From: an uncultured Thermomicrobiales bacterium
GTDB taxonomy: Bacteria > Chloroflexota > Chloroflexia > Thermomicrobiales > UBA6265
Direction: 5' to 3'
DNA length: 64,000 bases
NCBI GenBank assembly: GCA_902806325.1
Contig: CADCWE010000179.1
Coordinates: 4,124 to 68,123, forward strand
A program made the translations under genes and the position numbers. Below the pieces are notes generated by a model, which was not told where the DNA came from, did no database searches, and was given only the letters and a program-made list of their open reading frames with translations. Every line of letters begins with the position of its first letter. Position 1 is the stretch's first letter. Shown piece by piece: positions 36,844-45,001 of the stretch.

Positions 36844-37106
36844 CTCCTTCGTCTAGCATAGCGGATAACGTACACCGTGTCGAATGCCGTCGCGGAGCCA
36901 TTCTGGCGAGGCCGGGCGTGATCGTGCCAGGGGACCAATCGGGTCCCAGCGGGGGGGGCCGGCACCAGAGACCGCTGTTGCCGGCGGCGTGTGGTGGCCG
37001 TTTCCGGACACGGCGGTACCTTGGGTGATCATCTGCGCCGAAAGCAGAAGCCGATTGCCCCCGCGTTAGGAAGCGCACGCTCCCCGGGGACGATGGTTCG
37101 CGCCCG

Positions 37107-37604
37107 CTAGTTCGCCGGGATGGCAACCGGGGGACCGAGCACCGTGACCCCGTAGCGACGTCCGATCTCGGCGATGGCGTCCGGGTCGGGTGGCCCTTCG
37201 AGGGAGGCGAAGTACGTCGACTGGTCGGCGAACATCCCTTCTAACCCTGCCGGGACCACCATCCCTACGACGTGGACGGGATCCGGCTTCAGGTTGGCGA
37301 AGGTGTGGGGAACGCCCCGAGGCAGCCAGGCGACGCCGCCGGCCGGGACGTCGAACCGCTCGTCGCCGAGGACGACCGTAAGCACGCCGGAGATCACGTA
37401 GCTCGCCTCGTCCTCGTGGGCGTGGACGTGCAAGGAAGGACCCGCCGTCATCGCCGGCATGCGAGCCTCGCCGATCACCAGCAGTCCGCCGGTGTCCGCG
37501 CCGACGACCCGCGTCCGCCACGGGCCTCCGCTCGGGCCCCGCGACTCCGCTGGTCCCAGGACGAATGGATCGGTGCTCGGCGCCACGCCGTGGTCCACGC
37601 CCAC
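37107..37604 (-). CDS. Cupin-domain protein
   Basis: LHVHAHEDEASYVISGVLTVVLGDERFDVPAGGVAWLPRGVPHTF (the two cupin motifs). Confidence 0.75.
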   Translation of the reverse strand: MGVDHGVAPSTDPFVLGPAESRGPSGGPWRTRVVGADTGGLLVIGEARMPAMTAGPSLHVHAHEDEASYVISGVLTVVLGDERFDVPAGGVAWLPRGVPHTFANLKPDPVHVVGMVVPAGLEGMFADQSTYFASLEGPPDPDAIAEIGRRYGVTVLGPPVAIPAN

Positions 37605-37900
37605 CTCCTATTGTTGATAGCCATTATAGGGTCAGACCATCGGGCGACCGCGCGTCCGTTTCGCATCGGAGAACGGCGTGCGTCGGTCGAGCATGCTGCG
37701 GCGGAGCGACGTGGCCCGGTGGCGCGGCGCGCGTTGGGGCCGAGCGGCACCGCGCCGCCATCCGACGGCGCGGCTCGACGCCCCGGCAGAACGGTCGCCG
37801 CGCCCGTTTCGGGGTACCGGGTGAGTGCGTCCCCTCTCACCCTGGGGCTGAAACGGGTCGCGCGACGTCCGCTGCCGCGGGGAGGGGACGGGTTTCCGCC

Positions 37901-38335
37901 CTACGTCGACGGACATGGACCGGTGTTCGCCGGGAGGACGTACCGGGCGACGAGGCCAAGCACGTCGCGGTGGAACTCGCCGTTGGAGACGACGCGGGCG
38001 ACGCCGGCCGCCTTGGCGGCGCGGAACCCGGCGATGTCCTTGTGAGGGCCGAAGACCAGGATCGGAGTCGCCGCGCCAAGGTCGGCGGTGAAGTCCGCGA
38101 CGGCGGCCCAGTCTGGCCCGGCGCCGAGGTCGACGATGCCGAGGCGAGGCGGGGCCGGCGCACGGAGGTGGGTCAGGAAGGCGGCGGTATGCGGAGCAAA
38201 GGCCACCCGGTACCCGGCGTCGCGCAGCGTGTTGCCGAGGCGGACGCCGAAGAAGAGGTCGCGGTTGAGGATGACCAGGTCGGGCGCCGGTCCGGCGGGA
38301 TCGGAGCGGTTGTGCGGCGGCGGCGGCGCGTTCAT
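37901..38335 (-). CDS. Hypothetical protein, possibly receiver-domain-like (degenerate)
   Basis: DLVILNRDLFFGVRL...RLGIVDLGAG...PILVFGPHKD...AKAAGVARVVSNGEF has the alternating beta/alpha pattern of a CheY-like fold but lacks the acidic pocket. ATG at 38335. Confidence 0.4.
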   Translation of the reverse strand: MNAPPPPHNRSDPAGPAPDLVILNRDLFFGVRLGNTLRDAGYRVAFAPHTAAFLTHLRAPAPPRLGIVDLGAGPDWAAVADFTADLGAATPILVFGPHKDIAGFRAAKAAGVARVVSNGEFHRDVLGLVARYVLPANTGPCPST

Positions 38336-38549
38336 GGAAACGGCCCTCCAGGGATTGGCTGCCCGACCCAACGCGGGCGGGGTTGTCTTGGCCGCCTGGC
38401 GGTTCCGGCCGGACGATGATGCACGAACGCCAGGGAGATTGACAGTTTTGTGACACATTGGACGGAGATGTGCCGCAGGCTAGGGGTATCGTGGGCAACG
38501 ATGTGGGAGCCGTACCCCACGCCGGGCCAGACCGATTGGGCGCAACGGC

Positions 38550-38568
38550 CCCCGAACATTGTTCGGGG
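38550..38568. promoter_or_regulatory. Perfect 19-bp palindrome, a candidate operator just upstream of the -35 of the MMPL promoter
   Basis: ccccgaaca-t-tgttcgggg (9-bp arms, single central nucleotide). Confidence 0.4.
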
Positions 38569-38574
38569 AACCCC

Positions 38575-38603
38575 TTGACAGGGCACCGGTCGGCCGCTAC
38601 GAT
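38575..38603 (+). promoter_or_regulatory. Candidate sigma-70-type promoter of the MMPL transporter gene
   Basis: TTGACA (38575-38580), a 17-nt spacer, then TACGAT (38598-38603). It lies about 135 nt upstream of the ATG at 38738. Confidence 0.45.
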
Positions 38604-38737
38604 AACGACGTTCGGAAAACTTGAACAGCGTTCGATTTCGTGAACGACGGTCGTCACCGGGTCGCGCGGCCCGCCACCGACCACCGTTCTCCGGCACCGG
38701 GCGTCGACACCCGTTCTCCCATGAAGGAGTCTCCGCG

Positions 38738-41071
38738 ATGGCCAGCGATTTCTCGACCGCCGGGTTGGCCCGGTCCAGCGCGCGCCGCCCCTGGTGGACC
38801 GTGGGGGCCTGGGTCGCCCTCCTCGTCGTCGCCGTCGGCCTGATGGCCGGTCTGGGCATGAAAACCACCTCCGAGGTCGATTTCACCAACGACCCGGAGG
38901 CCAAGCACGGCCTCGAACTGATCGAGGCCGCTGGGTTGTCCTCCGGCGAGCCGACCAACGAGACCGTGATCGTTCGCCACGAAGGATCGACCGTCGACGA
39001 CCCGGCGTTCAAGGCCCGCGTTGAGCAGGTCACCGCCGCCCTCCGCGGCATGGACGGGGTCGTCGATCCCGCCTCCGTCACCAACTTCTACGAGTTGAGC
39101 GCCGACGCGGCGACCGCTGGCGGGGCCGCCGGCTTGGTCTCGCCGAACCGGCAGACCACGCTGATCCCGGTCACCCTGTCGGGAACGCTCGACGACGCGG
39201 CGACCAACGCCCATCAGTACCTCGCCGACCTCGAAACGCAGGCCGGGGACGGATTCGAGGTTCTTTCGGTCGGGTTCGTCAGCATCGGCGAAGAGAACAA
39301 CGTGATCGCCGAGGAGGATCTCCTCCAGGGCGAGGCGTTCGGCATCGGCGCCGCGTTGGTGATCCTGATCATCGTCTTCGGGGCGCTGGTCGCGGCCGGG
39401 GTGCCGCTGATCCTCGCGATCGTCTCGATCATGATTTCGTTCGGCATCACCGCGGTGCTGGGGCAGGTCCTGGACCTGAGCTTCTTCATCACCAACATGA
39501 TCACGATGATCGGCCTCGCGGTCGGCATCGACTACGCCCTGTTCGTGGTCGAGCGGTACCGCGAAGAGCGCCGCCGCGGGCGGACCAAGGCCGAGGCGAT
39601 CGGCGTCGCCGGCGGCACCGCATCGAAGGCCGTCGCCTTCTCCGGCGGCACCGTGGTCCTGGCGCTGGCCGGCATGCTGCTGATTCCGGCGACCATCTTC
39701 CAAGCCCTCGCCATCGGCGCCATCATCGTGGTCGTGGTCGCCGTCTTCGCCGCCCTGACCTTGATCCCGGCCGTGCTCTCGCTGCTCGGCGACAAGATCG
39801 ACTGGCCGCGCCGGCGCGACTACGACGCCTACGCCCTGGCCCACGCCAACGAGGATCCGCACAACCTGGACGCGGTCCATCGCGGGTTCTGGGGCCGGAT
39901 CACCAAGACCGTGATGGCCCGCCCGATCGTCAGCGTCGTCGCCGCCGTCGCCCTCCTCGTGCTGGCCGCGGTCCCCTACTTCGACATCAACCGCGGTTTT
40001 GCGGGCGTCGAGGCGATGCCGGCCGACAGCAGCGCCCGCCACGGCTTCGAGATCCTGAACGAGGAGTTCTCGGCCGGGCGCCTGGCCCCGGTCCAGTTCG
40101 CGATCGAGGGCAGCCGCGACGCCGCCCAAACTGGGATCGAGAACCTGCGCGCAGCGCTGGCCGCCGAGACGGTCGAGGACGGCGACGGCACCAAGCCCGC
40201 CTTCCTGCCGATCCCGGACGGCGAGTGGGCGAGCTGGAACGCCGACGGCACCGTCGCCCTGCTCGAAGCGACCCTGACCGTACCCAGCAACGAGGCCCGC
40301 GCCTACGCCGAGATCGAGCACCTGCGCGACGAGATCGTGCCGGCGGCCTTCGCCGGGTCGTCCGCCCAGGTCTTCGTCACCGGCGAGACCGCCTTCAACC
40401 AAGACTTCTTCGACATGGTCCAGCGCTACACGCCGATCGTGCTCGCGTTCGTCCTCGGTCTCAGCTTCGTGCTCCTGCTGCTGGCCTTCCGCTCGGTCGT
40501 CGTCTCGGCGAAGGCGATCGTGATGAACCTGCTCTCGGTCGGCGCGGCCTACGGGTTGCTGGTGCTGGTCTTCCAGAAGGGCGTCGGGGCCGACCTGTTC
40601 GGCTTCCAGCAGACCCCGACGATCGAGGCCTGGCTGCCGATCTTCCTCTTCTGCGTCCTCTTCGGCCTGAGCATGGACTACCACGTCTTCCTGCTCAGCC
40701 GGATCCGCGAGCACTACGACGCGACGGGGCGCAACACCGAATCCGTCGCGGTCGGACTCCATTCCACCGCCAAGATCATCACCGGCGCCGCGCTGATCAT
40801 GGTCGCCGTCTTCGGCGGGTTCGCCGCCGGTCGCCTGGTGATGCTGCAGCAGATGGGCTTCGGCCTCGGCGTCGCCGTCCTGCTCGACGCCACCATCGTC
40901 CGCTCGATCCTGGTCCCCTCGGCGATGGCCCTCCTCGGCGACCGCAACTGGTACCTGCCGAAGTGGTTGACCTGGCTGCCGGACCTGCGGGTCGAGGGTG
41001 CGCCGCTGCCGGCCCCGAAGCTGGCCCCGGTCTCCTCCCCGACGCCGATGCCGGAAGGCGCGGCGGACTAA
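38738..41071 (+). CDS. MMPL family RND-type membrane transporter
   Basis: 777 aa. Two 6-TM bundles, each followed or preceded by a large periplasmic loop. Motifs: GIDYALFVVERYREE, LSMDYHVFLLSRIRE, a C-terminal DATIVRSILVPSAMALLGDRNWYLP. The ATG is preceded by GAAGGAG. Confidence 0.9.
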   Translation: MASDFSTAGLARSSARRPWWTVGAWVALLVVAVGLMAGLGMKTTSEVDFTNDPEAKHGLELIEAAGLSSGEPTNETVIVRHEGSTVDDPAFKARVEQVTAALRGMDGVVDPASVTNFYELSADAATAGGAAGLVSPNRQTTLIPVTLSGTLDDAATNAHQYLADLETQAGDGFEVLSVGFVSIGEENNVIAEEDLLQGEAFGIGAALVILIIVFGALVAAGVPLILAIVSIMISFGITAVLGQVLDLSFFITNMITMIGLAVGIDYALFVVERYREERRRGRTKAEAIGVAGGTASKAVAFSGGTVVLALAGMLLIPATIFQALAIGAIIVVVVAVFAALTLIPAVLSLLGDKIDWPRRRDYDAYALAHANEDPHNLDAVHRGFWGRITKTVMARPIVSVVAAVALLVLAAVPYFDINRGFAGVEAMPADSSARHGFEILNEEFSAGRLAPVQFAIEGSRDAAQTGIENLRAALAAETVEDGDGTKPAFLPIPDGEWASWNADGTVALLEATLTVPSNEARAYAEIEHLRDEIVPAAFAGSSAQVFVTGETAFNQDFFDMVQRYTPIVLAFVLGLSFVLLLLAFRSVVVSAKAIVMNLLSVGAAYGLLVLVFQKGVGADLFGFQQTPTIEAWLPIFLFCVLFGLSMDYHVFLLSRIREHYDATGRNTESVAVGLHSTAKIITGAALIMVAVFGGFAAGRLVMLQQMGFGLGVAVLLDATIVRSILVPSAMALLGDRNWYLPKWLTWLPDLRVEGAPLPAPKLAPVSSPTPMPEGAAD

Positions 41072-41094
41072 CCCGATCCGGCGCCGACCAATCG

Positions 41095-41126
41095 AACGCC
41101 CTCCCCCGAATCCGGGGGAGGGCGTT
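41095..41126 (+). terminator. Hairpin after the MMPL gene
   Basis: aacgccctccccc-gaat-ccgggggagggcgtt. Confidence 0.55.
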
Positions 41127-41222
41127 CCTGTTGGATCGGGCGACGGCGCAGAACCGGACGACCCGCGCGACGGGGAGAGGTAGATCAACCAGGGGCGCGA
41201 CGGCCGGGGCCCGGCGCTCCGG

Positions 41223-42404
41223 TTATCCCCCGTCCGCCGCGACCACCCGACTCCCGATCGTCGTTTCGATCAACCCCAGCATCCGCGCCGCGATCGCGTC
41301 CCAATCGTGCTCGGCGAGCAGCAGACGGGCGGCGGCCAGACGACGGTCCCGGTCCGCCTGGGTTTCGGTGAGCGCGGCGTCGACGGCGGAGACGAAGGCG
41401 GCGGGACTCTCGGCGACGGCGACCACCGCGCCGTAGAGGGAGACCACGTCCGCGATCGGCGTCGAGACGATCGGTTTCTCGCCGGCCAGGTACTCCAGCG
41501 TCTTAGTCGGGGAGATAAAGCGGGTGGCTTCGTTGCGGGCGAAGGGCATCAGGGCGACGTCGAAGGCGGCGAGAAAGGCGGGCAAATCGGCATACGCCTG
41601 CTGGCCAAGGTAGGCGATGTTCGGGCGCTGGGGCAGGGTGGCGGGGTCGATCTTGACGACCGGGCCAACCAAGGCCAGGGTCCAATCGGGCCGGGCATCG
41701 GCGACGGCGGCCAGGAGGTCGAGGTCGAGCCGCTCATCGATCACTCCGTAGAAGCCGAGGATCGGGCGCGGCGCGGTGGCCAAGGCGGCAGGGACCTCCG
41801 TGGAACTGTCGGCGGCCCGGGCGAAATGGGCGGCTTCGACACCGGAGGGGAAGCAATGGACGGCGGGGTGGCGATGCCGGCGGGCCTCGTACAAGCTGGG
41901 ACCGCCGGCGAAGACGAGGTCGGCCCGGTCCATCAGCGCCGCTTCCTGGGCGCGCAGCTTCGGCGGGGCGCCGTGGAACTGGGCCAGTTCGTCCATCGCG
42001 TCGAAGACGACCAGGGCGTCGCCCAACGCCGCCGGTTCGGCGCCGAGGGCCATCGGGGTGTAGTACCAGACGACGCTGTGCGCGGCGGAGTTCGCGGTTA
42101 GCCCAACCTCGGCCAGGAACGGGTCGAGCAGGGCGCGGACGACCGGATTGGTCCGCTCGTTGAACCCCCCCGGAGGGGCCGGTTCCTGCTCCAGTTCCGG
42201 GGTGAGGACGGTGACGGCGTCGTGGCGCGCGGCGCGGAGGGCGGGGCCGGTGCCCGGGGGACGAACGAACTCGGGCTCCTCGACGACCGAGACCGGCATC
42301 CGGCGCGCGAACCGCGACAGGAGGTGCTGGGGGCGTTGCCAGACAAATCCCCACCGGAGGTGGGAGAAGCAGACCAAGGCGGGCGTTTCGGTAACCGGCG
42401 GCAA
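41223..42404 (-). CDS. Glycosyltransferase (GT-B fold, GT1/GT4-like)
   Basis: N-terminal FSHLRWGFVWQRPQHLLSRFA, typical of a clade of group-1 glycosyltransferases. C-terminal E-x7-E-like region (FISPTKTLEYLAGEKPIVST). TTG start preceded by GGAAGGA. Confidence 0.75.
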   Translation of the reverse strand: MPPVTETPALVCFSHLRWGFVWQRPQHLLSRFARRMPVSVVEEPEFVRPPGTGPALRAARHDAVTVLTPELEQEPAPPGGFNERTNPVVRALLDPFLAEVGLTANSAAHSVVWYYTPMALGAEPAALGDALVVFDAMDELAQFHGAPPKLRAQEAALMDRADLVFAGGPSLYEARRHRHPAVHCFPSGVEAAHFARAADSSTEVPAALATAPRPILGFYGVIDERLDLDLLAAVADARPDWTLALVGPVVKIDPATLPQRPNIAYLGQQAYADLPAFLAAFDVALMPFARNEATRFISPTKTLEYLAGEKPIVSTPIADVVSLYGAVVAVAESPAAFVSAVDAALTETQADRDRRLAAARLLLAEHDWDAIAARMLGLIETTIGSRVVAADGG

Positions 42405-42590
42405 CGGGTGGTCCTTCCAGCGGACGAGGGGACCGGCATCACGCCGGAAGGCGGCGATCGCGCGGTCGGACGCTCGGCAACGGATCGATTCCTGGGATGG
42501 CAGGATGCAACTCCCGTGCCAGTTGGCAATGGCGGGGTGCTAGAATCGGCCGCCGGTCCGGGCGAGGCGGCGAACGGTCGGAGGGTCGGG

Positions 42591-43820
42591 GTGGCGGCGA
42601 ACGGGACCGGGGGGTGGCCGGACGCGATTGTGGTCGGCGGCGGGGTCGTCGGCTGCTCGATCGCCTACCGTCTGGCGGCGCGCGGCAAGCGGGTGCTGCT
42701 CTTGGAGCGGCGCGGGCTGGCGTCCGGTGCCTCCGGACGCAACGGCGGCATGACCGGCGCCGGCTCGGCGATGCACTCCGCCGCCGGCCGGGCAGTCTAC
42801 GCCCTGACCGCGGCCAACCTCTCGCTGCTGCCGGGGTTGGCGGAAGAGTTGGACGCCGACTTCGCCCTCCGCCTGCCGGGAACGCTCGACGTGGCGACCA
42901 CGGAGGCGCAGTGGGCCCACCTGGCCGAGAGCGCGGCCGAGCAGCGCGCCGCCGGTCTCGACGTCCGGCTGCTGGACCGCGACGAGGCCCGCGCCGCGAT
43001 GCCGGCCTTGTCCCCGGCCATCCTCGGGGCGTCGTTCGCCGGCGGGCGGGGCCACCTCTGGCCGTTCGCGCTGGTCCACGGGTTCGCGGACGCGGCCCGC
43101 CGGTTGGGCGTCGAGATCCGGGCCGGGGTCGAAGTCGAGCGATTGTCGCGGGTCGGGGACCGGGTGACCGGCGTGGTCGCCGGTGGGCAGCGGATCGAAG
43201 CCGACGACGTGGTCTTGGCGACCAACGCCTACACGCCCCACCTCCTGCCGGAACTTCCGCCCGGGGCGATCGTCCCCGCGCGGGGCCAGATCCTGGTCAC
43301 GAGCGCGGTACCGCCGCTGTTGCCGCACCCGTTCGGCACCAACTTCGACAAGGAGTACGGGCGCCAAACCCCGGACGGCAAGATCCTCTGCGGCGGTTTC
43401 CGCCGCCTGGACGACGACGAGGGCCTCGGCCACGAGGAGGAGCGGGTGACGCCGGCGGTGCTGGCCGGGATCGCCGGCTGCCTGGCCGGATTGTTCCCGG
43501 TCCTGCGCGACCGGGTCCGGGTGGTCCGGGCGTGGGCAGGGATCATGGGCTTCACCGCCGATGGGCTGCCGCTGATCGGGGCATTCCCCGGAACGCCGGG
43601 CTTGACCGTGGCCGCCGGCTTCAACGGCGGCGGCTTCTCCTGGGCCGCGATCGTCGGCCAAGTGGTCGCGGACCTTGTATCCGGGCGCGACCCGGGGTTC
43701 GACCTGGCGCCGTTCGACCCTGGTCGGTTCTCCGCGGGGAGAACCGCGTGGACCAACCCGTTCACGGCGGGCGAGCGCGCTCGGGTGGTCGGCGCACCGG
43801 CCCTGGCGGGGCCGTCCTGA
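42591..43820 (+). CDS. FAD-dependent oxidoreductase, DAO family (sarcosine/glycine/D-amino-acid oxidase-like)
   Basis: DAIVVGGGVVGCSIAYRLAARGKRVLLLE...GASGRNGG...C-terminal GFNGGGFSWA. GTG at 42591 is preceded by GGAGGG. The upstream part of the track ORF is a shadow of the glycosyltransferase. Confidence 0.8.
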   Translation: MAANGTGGWPDAIVVGGGVVGCSIAYRLAARGKRVLLLERRGLASGASGRNGGMTGAGSAMHSAAGRAVYALTAANLSLLPGLAEELDADFALRLPGTLDVATTEAQWAHLAESAAEQRAAGLDVRLLDRDEARAAMPALSPAILGASFAGGRGHLWPFALVHGFADAARRLGVEIRAGVEVERLSRVGDRVTGVVAGGQRIEADDVVLATNAYTPHLLPELPPGAIVPARGQILVTSAVPPLLPHPFGTNFDKEYGRQTPDGKILCGGFRRLDDDEGLGHEEERVTPAVLAGIAGCLAGLFPVLRDRVRVVRAWAGIMGFTADGLPLIGAFPGTPGLTVAAGFNGGGFSWAAIVGQVVADLVSGRDPGFDLAPFDPGRFSAGRTAWTNPFTAGERARVVGAPALAGPS

Positions 43821-44045
43821 CTCCGGGGTTCGGGGTTGGCCGGATCTCCCCCGGTCCTTTCCGCGGAGACCGTGCTGGCGCGATCTCCCGGCATCGTCCC
43901 GGGCGCCGCGTGCCGGCGCAACGCGGCCGCCCCCATCGGGGCGATCCGGACGTCGGAAGGTCCCGGCCGCCATCATCCGCGCCAGCGCAATCCGCCCCCG
44001 GCCGGGGCGAGCCGGAACGTGGGTTCCGGCTCGCCCCCCACGGCG

Positions 44046-44534
44046 CTACCCCGCGCTCACGCGGGTGCCGTCGACGTTGAGCCTGCAGGTGCATCCCGGC
44101 GGGCATACGTATCCGAAGACCCGGGAGAAGGTGCCGCTGCAGGTTCCCGGCACGGGAGGTTCTACGCGGGTGCCGCCGTAGACGCCGCTGCAGCGGCTCC
44201 CCTCCGCGCATCCGAGCCCGGCGGGCGGGGAGCAGTAGCCGCCGCAGATGACCGACGGCGCGCCGCCGGGTTCCCCCGCGCAGCACCGGGTCGCCGGGTC
44301 GCACTAACCGCTGGCGCAGTGGTCGGTGCGGACGCAGGTCGCGCCAGCGGGCCGGGCCCTCGCCTCGGTCCGCCCGGCGCCGACGAGCGCCGCCGCGCCG
44401 CCACCGATCCCACCGAGCAGGCCCGTGAGCCGCCGGCGCCGGGAGGTCCACCCGCCAGCGCCCGCGTCAGGTCGTGAAGCGTTGCCCGTCCTTGCCGTGC
44501 CTCCTCCTCGTGTCCCGCCGCGCCCCGACCCCAC
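44046..44534 (-). pseudogene. Tat-signal, cysteine-rich small secreted protein interrupted by an in-frame TAG
   Basis: The ORF 44304-44534 ends ...WTSRRRRLTGLLGGIGGGAAALVGAG...ATCVRTDHCASG-TAG. The same frame continues for 85 codons: CDPATRCCAGEPGGAPSVICGGYCSPPAGLGCAEGSRCSGVYGGTRVEPPVPGTCSGTFSRVFGYVCPPGCTCRLNVDGTRVSAG-TAG (13 Cys in total). I translated this by hand from the reverse strand. Confidence 0.45.
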
Positions 44535-44593
44535 CGACGATCCGGTGGCCGTGGGGGGGCGCTACCAATCGCCACCCGGCGCCACGCGCCGTG

Positions 44594-44839
44594 TCAAACG
44601 CCCTGCCGCTTGGAGACCGCCGGCACGCGGCCGAGGACCGCGACGTGCGGCAGGTCCGGCAGGCCGCGGGCGGCGGCGACCCACGCCGCCCGCCGGTCCA
44701 AGCCCAGCGGGGATGGCTGCGGCTGCTCCGCTCCCGGCTGCGGCCACGCCGTCCGCGCCAACCTGGCCCGCGCCGCGCGAACCGCGTCCTGGCACCGTCG
44801 ATTGGTATCGACTTCTTGGAAATTCAGGTTCGCGACCAT
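44594..44839 (-). CDS. Possible 81-aa protein of unknown function
   Basis: The ATG at 44839 is preceded by GGAGGA, 8 nt upstream. The protein begins MVANLNFQEVDTNRRCQDAVRAARARL. GC3 is high after the first codons. It lies between the beta-propeller gene and the Cys-rich gene on the same strand. I recognise no family. Confidence 0.3.
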   Translation of the reverse strand: MVANLNFQEVDTNRRCQDAVRAARARLARTAWPQPGAEQPQPSPLGLDRRAAWVAAARGLPDLPHVAVLGRVPAVSKRQGV

Positions 44840-45001
44840 CGCTGCGGTCCTCCGTTGCCCCGCGGCTTGGCAGCCCCGCCCGCCGCCCTCGCTCGCTCGT
44901 CGGTCATCACCATCCGCCAAGGGTGGCAACACGCCCTACGGCGTTCCGGGAGCGGCGGGGACGATTACGCCAGCCCCGGCCGCCGCCACCGAGCCGGTGG
45001 A

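Noticed and set aside
36844-37106. A tRNA or tmRNA integration target next to the tyrosine recombinase.
   Set aside because: I found no T-loop (GTTCRANYC) or acceptor/anticodon stem pattern in this gap, and none anywhere else in the window.
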